From: Lytechinus pictus
Taxonomy: Eukaryota
Direction of reading: 5' to 3'
Assembly: GCF_037042905.1 (NCBI RefSeq)
Contig: NC_087246.1
Span: 61,814,001 to 61,878,000, forward strand
DNA: 64,000 bases
Below, one piece after another: positions 51,715-64,000 of the stretch; position 1 is the stretch's first letter, and each line of letters opens with the position of its first letter. The notes beneath the pieces are model-generated. The model was given only the letters and a program-made list of their open reading frames with translations, did no database searches and was not told where the DNA came from. The position numbers and the translations under genes are program-made.

Positions 51715-52561
51715 AGTGGTTTCAGACCGCTTCGAAGTTCGTCAGTTCAAGGTATTTTGGTAATGTGAAAGCAAACTACGTGTTATTTCCCCGAAAGAAA
51801 ATATCCGCTAAATAGTAGGTACTTGGCGAAATTACAAGAACTTTCGCGGGGATTTTTCCAAGGTCGTGGGTATTTTGGCAATCTGAAAGCAAAGTACGAG
51901 AACTTGTATCCCATCGATCACCTCGATAAGTGAATTTCCGGTGCATAGTGCACGCTGTTCGATATGCATGGATATGCGAGGCCTACCGAATGAGCAAGCC
52001 GGCGTGGCCGGCCAGCCAGCGTCAGTGCATGCAGCGATAAACATACGTACACTTTTCATGCGACGTGACTCGGGGTTCGACTTTGACTCGGCGGTTGATT
52101 CTTCTTCTTCAAAAACTTAGTTTTACGAATTAAGGGTGATATTTACTGGTATTCTACATTTTCATACCAGATGACATCGCACTGAAGTGAGGAGGCCACC
52201 AAGGCCTTAATTTCAATGTGGAGAGAAATCTAGTGCAATTGCAGATGATGATCAAGGGAACAAATAATTTGCCCATATGATCGATTATAGTTAGTACGTG
52301 CTAGAGCTAAACTGACCGCAGGCGGATCTCCCGCCCCGGCCGGCCGTCCCCCGATCGCGATACGTACCACTGTTTAAAAGCGCGCGCTTCTTCGTCTGCT
52401 ACCATACAGTACTGCGCATGCTCATAACTTCGAGAAATTTCCCTGAAAAGTGTGTTTCGGGGCAGTCTGAATGCGAGAATAATTATCTGGTATTTTTAGC
52501 ATGATAAAGTTCTCGTAATTTAACAGGGAATTCTTGTGATCGAGGCAATTTGAAACCACCT
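51715..52561. mobile_element. Harbinger-like non-autonomous element, CpG-rich
   Basis: gtggtttcagaccgcttcga ... tcgaggcaatttgaaaccac inverted ends; the interior is much more CpG-rich than the flanks. Confidence 0.65.
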
Positions 52562-52596
52562 ACTGAGTTACGACAAATCTTCGTAATGGTGACCTG

Positions 52597-52753
52597 GGGC
52601 CCTGTTTCATAAAGGACTTACAACTATTATAACTTTGCCATAAAGGCAACTACCATGGTAACAGGGCTCAGCAGCCAATCAGAATCAAGGTTACCATGGT
52701 GGTTGCCATAATGGCAAAGTTACTATAGTTTCAACTCTTTAGGAAACGGGTCC
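52597..52753. mobile_element. Short Harbinger-like MITE (CWG flanks) with X-box-CCAAT-X-box core
   Basis: ctg|gggccctgtttcataaag ... ctttaggaaacgggtcc|cag; palindromic interior. Confidence 0.75.
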
Positions 52754-54290
52754 CAGAAGACAAGATATTAAATTCATGTTGATTTGGTTGAGGCAAGAAG
52801 AAAAAAAGACGAGATCCTGGATCTTGTTAAATCTGGCTACATCAGAATAAGAAGATAAGATCTTGAATCTTCTTAAATTGACTGTAAGGATGAGAAGACA
52901 TCCAGGATCATTGTCTTGTTCTCTCATCACTTTGAAGTGAACATGATGAATCTTAAACTTTGGCATTGTATCCCAACTGATTTGACTTCATAAGGTGTAT
53001 TATTTTGTCTTTTCTCCTTAATCCTCAATGTCTTTCTCTTATTTATGATCTCATCACTGTGCATTATTGAGTGCCCCAGATCCCCCTCCTCTCTCTCTCT
53101 GCTTATATTTCGATGTTTTATTTCTTAGATTTATGCAAACACAACAAGAGGCTGCAAATAATGGAGCAACTTTGCTTAATGTTACTATGATATTATACAG
53201 GCATTCCTTTGAAGTTTTACAGAATGAGCATTGCAATTGAATACTCAAACTCTTTAAACCCTTGGTCTACTTTTCAGTCACAATCCAACTCTGCAAAGCT
53301 GGAAAAGGTTCATATGTAATAGACACTACTGACAATATCTAGGCTAGTAATTAAGAGATGCTCATACAAAATTGCCAGAGATGCATGTGTACCCTATTTG
53401 TCTAGAACAATCATTCTAATCATTTAATAACCAATAACACCATCGTGTGTGTATTCTGATCTAGTTTCATCTATTCATGACAGATCTACGAGCTCAATCC
53501 CGCTAAAGAAAACACACCGGGCACCGCAAGCGTTTAATAGCCGAGGGCTTGACACAGTTTCCGATTCAGTTAGCAACCTATATCTCCCCTGTGGTATTGA
53601 TCCTTGCACGCCATCTATCTTTCCTTTTCTCACCGTCTCACGAGGGCGCCGTATCATCGTACGACTCAGCCTGTATTATGAATACTTAACGTATCCACCA
53701 ATATCCTCAAGGTGGGTGATAATATTTGCAGTTGATTAGAGATATGGGTCACATGTATGTACACTGGCTGATTGGGAGAACGGATGAGCAATGAAAGAGA
53801 GCAAGTCATTTTGAGGTTGGATAAAAAACCCAGAAGGCAGATGAATATTTTTCACAAGGCTACAGTCTTGTTTTATCATCTGTGTCTATAATGCATCTAG
53901 GCGGATTTTAGGGGGGGGGGGGGTGGAAGTGGCAATGGCCCTCCAATTGCGGCGGCGTATAAGAAAAAAAGGAGAAAAGCATAGGATAGGAAGCAAAGAA
54001 AAAAATAATGGAGATGAGAAAATAAAAAAAGAGCAGGAAGAAAAGTGAATAAAGGAGGGGGATGATAAGATACAGTAGATCTTGAAGGTTATCATGTAAA
54101 AATAAAAATTTTGCTCACGCTTCGTGCCCACATTGCCAGTTTCCTAAGAAATATATCCTCTTCTTCCCACTCTTTTCCTATTCCTCCTTCCCTCCTCCTC
54201 TTCATTCCTTCCCTCCCACCTCCTCCCCTCCCTCCTCTTCCTTCCTTCCTTCCTTCCTTCCTTCTCTCCCTCCCTCCTCTTCTCCTCCCT

Positions 54291-54445
54291 NNNNNNNNNN
54301 NNNNNNNNNNNNNNNNNNNNNNNNNNNNNNNNNNNNNNNNNNNNNNNNNNNNNNNNNNNNNNNNNNNNNNNNNNNNNNNNNNNNNNNNNNNNNNNNNNNN
54401 NNNNNNNNNNNNNNNNNNNNNNNNNNNNNNNNNNNNNNNNNNNNN
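54291..54445. other. Assembly gap (155 N) inside a CT-rich tract
   Basis: Run of n following (cctt/cct)n simple repeat. Confidence 0.99.
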
Positions 54446-54904
54446 TTTAATGTACCCATCTTACTCCTTACATCCTCTCCACATTTCTCCTGTTCTGGCA
54501 AACACTACCTCTGAGGTAATTGATATCTTCATGGACCCTACATGATATCTAACAACAAAATAGATAAACATTCAGCTCACTTTATCTCACGACTACATAG
54601 CTAAACATTCTCATCTCACTCTATCTCTAAAACCTCCTTCAAACAGCTACAGGGGAAGAACTTGTTCTATTTCACCACACACTCAAACATCAAGTAATCA
54701 CTCATTGTCGCTTATCACCAGCTATTCAATCAGACAAGAATAGTTTCTGGGGCAGGAATTCTTCTGTTTGAATGTGAGCGATGAAACAACCGTTTTTTTT
54801 TTTATGGGAGGGTACATTAGCTAAAATGAAGCACAGGGGTGCATGAAAATTGACTGGAAAGCAAAATGGGTATCTCTCAAAGGCCTCGTGATATATGTAC
54901 AACG

Positions 54905-55115
54905 TACAGTTGTGCTCAAAAGTTAGTGAACCCCACCACAAAATGCACTCCTTCATGCCGAGTGTTGAATGTAGACAACAACACTTCAATGTTTAATGAG
55001 CCCAGAAAAACAAACTTATTGAATGAAATATTTTACCAGCTGACTTCACAAGTAAATATCTAAAACATGACAGAACTTTTCTGCCGGGGCTCACTTAGTT
55101 TTGAGCACCTCTGTA
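54905..55115. mobile_element. Tc1-type MITE
   Basis: TAcagttgtgctcaaaagttagtgaacccc ... ggggctcacttagttttgagcacctctgTA. Confidence 0.75.
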
Positions 55116-55189
55116 TATCTGTAGAAAAACAACAAGATGATGAAAAAGAAGATGACTAAAAATAAATAATTTATTGTTCGCAATAGACA

Positions 55190-55416
55190 TGAAATGAAAT
55201 ACTCCGAAAATTTGCTTTGCCCAATTGATCGTGGGCCCGGCAGCCGCTGTGCAGCGCCAGATCGACGAGGCTCTATCCCTTTAATCGTTGAATGCCAAAC
55301 AGGGTAGCAGCAACCCCCACCTTTTAACGTCCTTTGGTCTGACGTGGCCGGGGTTTGAACCCTCGACCTCCCAGTTGTGAGACGGACGCTCTACCAACTG
55401 AGCCAACACACCGGTC
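55190..55416 (-). mobile_element. tRNA-derived SINE
   Basis: Minus strand: A-box TGGCTCAGTTGG, B-box GGTTCAAACCC, a non-tRNA body (gtcagaccaaaggac...gctgctaccctgtttggcattcaac..ttaaaggg, reminiscent of a Meta-type core) and an (atttc)n tail. Confidence 0.85.
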
Positions 55417-55749
55417 ATGGAAACAACAAGACTGTTTCCATGAAAGAATGATGAAAATAGGCTGGTTCTTATGGTAAATTGTCCCTTGGTCTACACCTTC
55501 TTGGTCCACTTTCCATTTGGTCTCATAAAAAATTTACATACATCACTCAGGACAATGTGGGTAGACCAAGGAGGGATCACTACTCCTTGGAAAGACTGAC
55601 TGGTTATGAAACAAACATATACATGATGCACAATCTAAAAGCCTGATATCAATTTTAAATAAATACTATAAACTATCATGAAAATTGTTAGTAACATAAC
55701 ATAATTCCAAACTCGCAAAAAAAATTGATTTAATGTTGAGCCAATTTAA

Positions 55750-56166
55750 AGGACAAGTCCCCCAATAAATTGTAGATTTGAATAAAAAGATAAAAATCAA
55801 AGCAGCAAAACACTGAAAATTTCATCAAAATCAGATGTAAAATAAGAAAGTTATGACATTTTAAAGTTTCGCTGAATTTCACAAAACAGTTCTATGCACA
55901 TCCTGGTCAGTATGCAAATAGAGAGTATTAGGAGCAGTGAACGAGAACGGCGTTGCAGTCGTCTGATTGTTCGAAAAGAAATAGTGAGTGAGGAACACAT
56001 CGACTGTCTCATTTGCATGTCACTGAGTTGTAGATATCACTGTTTTGTGAAAAATAAGTGAAACTTTCTTATTTTACATCCGATCTCGATGAAATTTTCA
56101 GCGTTATGCTAGTTTGATTTTTCTCCATTTATTCAAATCAATGTTTTCCTGGGATGGACTTGACCT
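55750..56166. mobile_element. Kolobok-type MITE with TTAA TSD
   Basis: TTAA|aggacaagtcc ... ggacttgacct|TTAA, with long imperfect TIRs (ctgaaaatttcatc..aatc.gatgtaaaataagaaagtt). Confidence 0.85.
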
Positions 56167-57743
56167 TTAAAGAATTTCTGGCACATTTTCCTACACCATA
56201 AAACAATATGCTTGTCATCATTTAATGTTACGTTACTCATTCCTTTAAATCCGGTAGACCCAATAGACTTCCACTGCTTGAATAGATAAGCCAATTAACT
56301 ATGATGTTTTTTGCCATGTCTAATTAGTAGCTAGCATCATCTCCCCTCTCATTACCCTCATCAAGTCATCAGTTGACTTGTACACTATGGTTTCAAAGGA
56401 TGTGATATTCACATTCATCACAAATATCAGTAGACTGAAACAACTTACTATGAAAGAACATTGACAGGCAATTAGGGGATGCATCATTCAAATTCATGGC
56501 ATTAAACAAAAATAAAACAAAGCTGGAAATAATGGATCCTAATAAACTATCATTAATTGTGATAGATAAAGAAAGAAAAAGATTAAAATGATAACGATAA
56601 TTACAAATCTGAAGAAAAAAATAATTAGATAGAGAGTCAGAAAAAGTAATAACAAAGTTGTGCAAAGGAAAACAAAAGGGTTGAGATAAAGAAAAGGAGA
56701 AAATCAGTCAAAGAAATAAAAGAAGAGAGAGAGAGCAGAGGAAAATGCAAGTTGGATGAACAAACAAAAAAAATCAGACAGAGAGAGAGCTATAGGAGAG
56801 GGGAATATAAAATTCTGCATGGGACAATGAAAAAATGTCAGAGAAAGAGACAGTGAAAGAGAGAGGGGTCTGAGAATGAAATTACTGTTGACATAAGACA
56901 ATGTAAAATGCAGAATTTGTTAAAATGATAAAGAGTATGTCATACCATTTGGCATTACATATCGGAAGGATATCAGACATAATATAAAATGTCACCCCCA
57001 CACATATAAAAAATAACCAACGCAATTATTAGATAACACACTTCAGCACTTTTCTCATCACTAAAAATACTTAAACTTATCATTTCCCATTCCGTCACCT
57101 GCAATCGCATCTCATATCTCCTCCCGTTTTCAAATATCAGATATGGACTCATACTCTGGGAACTGAAAACTGACGAGGCATCTATCATTCATACAAGCAT
57201 GACTGATCCATATCTAAATGAACTCTACAATTTTTTTCATTGATCATGGTCAAGAAGCATTTAGAAAATAACCCCACAATTCTAAGTTATAATGCTCAAA
57301 GATAGAGATATGTATTGGGGTAAACTATTTCTCTTGAAGTGGAAATAAATGGCAGTCAGCAGTATTCATCCTCGTCTTCAAATATAGTGATTACTGCCAC
57401 GGGATGGCTGTCTCTTTCCAGATGTGGGTCAGAAGCTCTTTTGTCAGAGTATCTACGATAAAATGGTTTCAGAGTGAAAACGATTGTAAAGTGAAGCGGA
57501 ATGTTTTCTAGGTCCCATGAATGTCACCCAGTAGCATCTTGGGGGATGTTTGTCCCTGTTGTTGTGGCATGGATGTTTAGTGTACCCATTGAGAAAACTG
57601 TTATAAGCTACGTACTTCTGCAATCATCACATCGCTACCTCCCTTCTTCATATACAAATTTGGATACAGTCCTTTCCAAGATTTCACACTGTTTTGTATT
57701 CCACTACTGTTTATCTTTCTCTCACTCCCTTCAATGTGACACT

Positions 57744-58566
57744 GGCCCGTATTCTGAAGTCAGGTTGAACCACTTGTTCACTGCAACCATCCTGCCTGTG
57801 GGGAATCTACAGGTAGGACTATGGCATGCCAATGCTGTACAGAGCACACACTTTAAAAAATCATTAAAATATCACTTTTGTGACCAAAATGACTAATTTC
57901 CATACAGTTGCAATTTATTTTTCATTAGTAATTTGGGAATAATCTTTGTATTCACTAGAGCGCTCAAAAACTTGAATTTGGGGCATATTTTTGTGTACGC
58001 CCTCTATTGGTGGAAAGTAATATGGCAAGAAAATTTTCATTTTTTATCTCTATTTTTAATTAAGAAAAAAATAATTTAAAGAATCAAATTTACTTAAGGG
58101 CCAAGTGGTATGACGAATAGGTGTGATGGAAACTGTCAGTGTAAAAAAATCAAGCATTTGTCCCAAAGAAAAAGAGAAAATAAGCCAAACATTGCCACCC
58201 TTATTTTGCCACACATGGAGATATAACTGAGAACAAGGTTATATCATAACCTTGTTCATTGAATGAGTGGGTTGAACTAGACCATGGTCTAACTCTATGC
58301 TAACATTATGGGGAGCCAAAAACTCTAAAATTCTGCTAATAGTTATATTGTATATTTCTCACATTTACTATTTTGTTTCCCTTTGCTTTCATAATGAAGA
58401 AATTATTTCAGTTATCATTCTGAGACATTTATAAATGATTTGAGTGTCATAAGAATTAATGAATTGACCATGTACTAATAGGGATTTGTGCAGAAATTGG
58501 CTATCCATAGTTAAACTACAACTTTAAACCAAGGTTTAATTTAAACCCAAGTTCAGAATACGGGCC
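57744..58566. mobile_element. Harbinger-like MITE
   Basis: ggcccgtattctgaa (57744) and ttcagaatacgggcc (ends 58566). Confidence 0.7.
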
Positions 58567-58569
58567 TCT

Positions 58570-58960
58570 ATGTCTATGTTTTCTCATTCTTTCTGTCTTT
58601 CTTACTACGATATATCACTTGTCTTTCTTCATAATTCTTTCACTGCTATCTTTATCTTTCTCTATTCTCACTTTTTTTCATGTTTCTGTCATTATCTCTC
58701 TCTCCTCTCTTTCTTTCTTCATCTCTTTCATTAATCCCCTAGATTTGTCTTCATCTTTCTCTAAGTTATATCTTGTTTTGTCCCTCTGTTTCTACCTTTC
58801 TGTCTCTCTCTCCTCTTTTTCTTGATTTTCTCCATCTTTCTTTTTACTTCTCTCCTTGTCTTTCTTGCTATTCATATCATGTGACTTTATCTCTCTTCTC
58901 CTTATCTCTCCTCTTTGTTTCCTATCCATCTTCAATACAATCTTCAATCTACTTTAACTC
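58570..58960. repeat. Polypyrimidine (CT-rich) low-complexity tract
   Basis: Mostly C/T. Similar tracts lie at about 36240-36455, 54150-54290, 61160-61440, 62160-62400 and 63170-63440. Confidence 0.8.
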
Positions 58961-61460
58961 TTCTAAACTTAGCAGTCTTCATTTAAAGAAATTGAAGTAA
59001 TCCCATGATCTTTATGATTTGCTTTGTTAATATTGAAGGGTATCAAAGCAAATTATCAAAGATCACCTAAAATAAAGGCATATGAAAGTATATTGTGCTA
59101 TAAATATGAGATACCAATAAAAGCTTACAATTAAAGTATGAAAATCCCTCCCCCCTTTTTACAGAATATTCATTGCTTTGTTTAAAGCTTCCAATCATTG
59201 TCATCCTTAAATGAAAACAAAACAATATTTCAACCTGTCATTTAAGACAATAAAGAGCATTGATGACTCTACTCTACAATGATTTATTGACTTTCACATA
59301 ATCATTGTTTGTGAGTGTAAAATGTCACAGTCAAATTCAATACCTCATTAATGTACAAGCTTCAAACAACATCAGAAGGCCATGGTTTATTAGACTGTTC
59401 ACAAGGCATTCTATTTTTCTGATTCATTTTCAATTATGTCATTATATAACCATGAAAATAACGACATACTTAAGTTATGAAGTAGCAGATATAAAATTAT
59501 TTTAAAAAATAAAATAATGAATGGCATGAAGTCTAGGGTTCATACAGATGAAACTCTCCTCTGGTGTTCACAGGCATGTGAATGCCCTACCTGGAAGATT
59601 ATTACAAATGCTCATATTGCATTAGCTTAAGATTTAATGTGCAAAAGTTTGATACTTAATATCATGTTTAACACACATTTTTTGGCAAGATTCATATAAA
59701 TTCATTTGGAATTTTAAAGACAAAATTCAGGATGACTTTTTGGCTGAGAATTTGGTACAAGTATAGGCCTACATGTGCTTGATTACCCTTTTTACATGCA
59801 GCTTTATTCTTCTACTTGCCATACATTTTCTTCAGTAAAAACCCTATACATATTTCTTTTAAAAAGTTATGTCTGCAATATATGACAAACATCAAGAAAT
59901 AAGCATAACAATCAAATACTAAAACTCAAGATACTCAATATGCCCCATTGTTGAATGCATTTCAACTATATCATTCAGGCAGGAAAAAACAGATAATGCA
60001 CTCCCCAATTCCTCTATCTATCTTCTCATGCAAACAAAAATTATGGGAATTTCATCACATTTCAATAGCATTCGTGCCAATGACTGGATGACTTACCAGT
60101 GTATTAATTGTCACTTTAGCCGAGGGAGTTATCAATATTTGATTTGCCTAAAATGTCAGACATTACAAATGGTAGAAGAGTGTGTTGCATGGTCACATGT
60201 TCTCTGTATTCTAAAAAATATTATTGACTATAATCGTGTAAATATCCTTGAACTTTCATAAAAAAAACTTTTTTGCTTTATCAATTTTGGTTTAAGTATA
60301 ATGAAAGCAATTAAAAAAGACCCTTTTCTTTTCTTTAGTTTTACTTAGTCAGGAATAATGGTGAAAATGATTCTATAAATAATTTAGAAACCAGTTACAA
60401 AAGTAGAATATACAATTTTAATTGACTGAATATGCACCAAGGATTAAAAAATGAAAGAAATTTGAAGATTTGCCTATCTGAAATCAATAAAAATCTCACT
60501 TTCCAACAGTCAGGACCATACCATACAAAGGCAACAGTGGGAGACTTTTCTTTTAATATAAATGTTGCCCCAAAATTAATTTGCATTCAATATGAAATCA
60601 ATGACCTCAATGTTACAGAAACAGTTGTTCTATCATTTTTGGTAAAAAAAGTTACATTATAAAAAGGCATTCTACAACACTATCTCTGTGTGCTCCCGAA
60701 TGTAAAGAGAAAAGATGAAAGTTGAAGAAAATATATATATTTTTTTGTTCAGGGTCAATCTTTGTCCATGATCTGGATGCAATAAAAATGAGAATTCTTC
60801 CACTAAATGACTAGTCTTCCATTAAGGATTGGACAGAGTTTTTTTTATTCCTCATTATGATAAGCTGTTATCAATACTGCGAGCAGCAGATGAAATGATT
60901 TGTAAAAGGTATTGTATATCAAGAGGGTAATAATGTGTAATTCATTTGTCATCACCCGCATGCGAACAAATAAAAATGGCATCCCTTCAGTTAAATCAAT
61001 CATAGTCTGAAACAAGACTATCTGACATGAGGATGAGATGAGATGTGATGAGAGTGGTAGAGTGAAATGAAATCCTCATTGCAATCATAAAGGTTCCTGA
61101 CACTACCTCTGTAAAAATAAACATAAGCCTACATCTCACTCCCATTACAAATCATCCTTCTCTTATTTGACCCAGCTCTCATTCCCCTTTTGCTTCAATT
61201 TTCATCTTTTGCTATTTCATTTTGATCTCTTTTGTTTCATTTTTTCTTGTTCTTTTAACCTTTTTCATTATCATCTGTCATTTTCCTTGATTCCCCTTCC
61301 TTTGCCAAGTCTTGTCATGTTTTCCTTGAAGTATGTTCCACTATCTCCCTTCCCTTATCTCTTTCTCTCTCTTTATCTAGCTCTCTCTCTTTCCCTTTCT
61401 CACTCTATCCTTTTTTATGTCTTTCATTTATCTATTTCTTTAGAAAGTATTTACTGCTAA

Positions 61461-62068
61461 TGCTTCTATGACACTTGCCCGATTCTTGGTTCCCGCACTA
61501 GCAGAATTCGGTCGTGCAAATTCCGGACCATGAAGTGCCTCAGTGGTTCGCGGCATGGTCCTGACTAGTTCACGATAAGTTTACGCATAGGAACGACATG
61601 TTCATGTAGTATTTACATAAAGTTCATGCACTGCCCGTTATTCACTCTATCACCATTCATTGGGGCATGAAATCAGACTCCACAATAATTTTTGAATAAC
61701 CATTCGTTTTAGCCAAACTGCGTATACGTATGCCTTCTAGGTGAAAAAATCTGGGACTTGTGTAACCTATGCATGAGCTAGTTGTGAACTAAGCGTGTAG
61801 TCATGAACTAGTTGTGAAATGCATGCCACTTGTGCCATGGCACAACTTATTCTGATGAATTTGCACAGTTCACCAATAGTTCACAACACTAATCTCCGAA
61901 ATTTGTCGTGCCCGAATTTCAAAAATTCTAAAATTTTGGAACAACACTTCAAGCATCGTTCCACACTGGCCCGCACTCTTCACGAGATGGAACGACAGGG
62001 CATGATTCAATGCGCAAACTAGTCGTAAACTATTCGGGTCCAAAAATCATGCAAGTGTCAGAGCAGCA
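61461..62068. mobile_element. PIF/Harbinger MITE with TAA TSD
   Basis: TAA|tgcttctatgacacttgcccgattcttgg ... ccaaaaatcatgcaagtgtcagagcagca|TAA. Confidence 0.75.
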
Positions 62069-64000
62069 TAATTCCTATCCCACTCTCTTATTCATCATTC
62101 ACTGTCCTTATCTTTTCATTTAATTAATCATCTCATTTAAAAAAATAATCACTTTCGAACTATGTCTTTTTCACACTCTTTCTCTCATCCTCTGTCTCCT
62201 CATGATCTGTCATTCTTCATTTTATTTTCATCTTTCTTTCTTCTTTCAATATTTCCATGTCCTCTTTCATTCCTTCCTTCCTCTTCTTTCACACTTCTCA
62301 CATTCTATTTAATTTTCTTTTATAGTCTGTTCACCCTTCATTAATTTTCACTCTTCTAATTTCTTCTCTGCAAATCTCTTCCAAGATCTCCATCTGTCCC
62401 CATTTTAATCACCGCTTACATTCCAAGGCATCTGCTTTCATAGCAATATCACTAGCACTTAAACCAGAAGATTCTAATCTTAATCTACCTTTTTTATCAT
62501 TTACGTTTGACTATACCTAATATTGTTAGTGTCATCATACTCTATTCAATTCAATTCAATTTAAAGATGAATCTTAAACACTTGCTAACATCTACACTAA
62601 GCCAATATGTTCATATCTTCTTAAGATAACGTGTTGTTCTTCCTTCGCAAACCCCTTTGGATCTTTCATTTCACCCCCACACCTCTTTTAAGCACTATCC
62701 CATCCCTTTTTTAATCATCTACGTTCTATAGCATCTGCCTATTACTCATTTTCACTGGCACAAAGCCAGAATATTCTCATCTTTATGCATCTTCCTTTTT
62801 TCATCTTTGAATATTTTACTGACCAAAAGCACGTTTTCTTAAGCTGTAACAGAGATCTAATCTAATTGTCACTACACTCCATCTCTATTTCAAATACAAA
62901 ATTTAACCAAATTACCATATTTTTTTATTATTCCTATTGTTTATTACCAAAGTATAATTTTTGCAAAGAATAGGAGATGCTTTGGGTGTGAAAATAATAC
63001 CGACAACAATTTGGGTCTTATAAACATCAAGAATTCAATTTGTTATCTTTCTGTATTTTCAAGTGCTATGATTTTAGTTTGATTTCCCCTCTGACCCTGT
63101 TTGCCGATACTCCCATCTTATAATTAGGCCACAGAGACTAATTATTCATTGTTTATGTCATGCAATATTTATTTTCTCCCTCCCTCACTTTTTATCTCTC
63201 TCTTTTCTCTCACCCCACTCCTCTCTCTTCCAATCCACTCAACTCATCCCTCCCCCTATCCCCAAGTCCTACTATATCCCTTCCTGTTTTCCCATTCCTT
63301 TTCCCCTCTCCTCCCACCCCTCTTCATTTTTCTTCCAACCTTCTCTCCTCAGCCCCCTAATATTTCTCCTCCCAACCCCCCTCTTCCCTACCTTACCCCA
63401 TCCTCTATCCACCACCTTTCACCCTCATGCTACCCACTAGGCACCACACCCTTGCAGACGCACCACTCTACATGAACTAGACAAAATACTCCATGTTTTT
63501 GTAACCACATTCACCCAAACATACCAGGCCCAATTAGCACCCCTCTAGTTCAAGAAAACCCGCAGAGCAAAATTCTAATTAAGTAGTTTACCCTAGGGAA
63601 GTTTACATAATTAATATGTGACCTTATAATGCATATAAAGCTTTCCTGCCAGGAGTCACGTATGCTGATATATGATTCAGCTTCTTGGTAAACATACTTC
63701 TCTGAAAAGGCATTGCTATTTTTGTATATGATGGCTTGCTTGTAGTCAAACTCCTCTTCAAAGTTTATATGAGAATCAAAACCAGCAAAGAGTTTTAATA
63801 ATGGCTTTTAAAAACAATCTTCCAGTTTCCATTACATATATTTATCCAATTGAGATAAATAGTAGAGAAAAAAATGAAGATGGGTCCTGTTAAACTACCA
63901 CTAACATGTTAATGCCATATCAATTTAACAGTTGTGCAAATCAAACAAGGAAATCAAAACAGAAATCGTAAGAACTGAAGTTAAAACTGATATTTTAAAT

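Noticed and set aside
54111-54545. 144-aa Pro/Leu/Ser ORF and similar hydrophobic ORFs (36115, 58619, 61167, 62162, 63149)
   Set aside because: They arise from stop-poor CT-rich low-complexity tracts; this one also spans the N gap.
55340-55416. tRNA gene (Val-CAC-like)
   Set aside because: A and B boxes are present, but the acceptor and anticodon stems do not pair and the sequence runs on into a SINE body and simple-repeat tail.

Overview
This is AT-rich, repeat-dense animal genomic DNA with GT-AG spliceosomal introns, most likely sea urchin or another echinoderm (inferred from the repeat types, poly-G tracts and SRCR gene style). It is not prokaryotic. Two protein-coding genes can be built by hand, both on the minus strand. 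(1) The first two coding exons of a PRELID3/SLMO (PRELI/MSF1 family) mitochondrial lipid-transfer gene (5733-5702 and 754-586), which continues out of the left edge. (2) A 7-coding-exon type I membrane protein of about 698 aa (46374-15967) with a signal peptide, four SRCR domains, a TM helix and a cytoplasmic tail carrying two PPxY motifs; all splice phases join consistently. The rest is introns and intergenic DNA filled with non-autonomous DNA transposons (MITEs with Harbinger-, Tc1/mariner-, hAT- and Kolobok-type ends), Helentron/Tsp-like elements with internal tandem repeats, tRNA-derived SINEs, LINE remnants, pyrimidine tracts and one 155-N gap. The most unusual structure is a ~1 kb array in PRELID3 intron 1 (3633-4593): 16 copies of a ~23-bp motif in strictly alternating orientation, with partly palindromic spacers. 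Also notable are the SRCR-plus-double-PY architecture and a MITE family carrying a paired RFX X-box and CCAAT box. Repeat family assignments rest on terminal and TSD patterns only; no database search was run.
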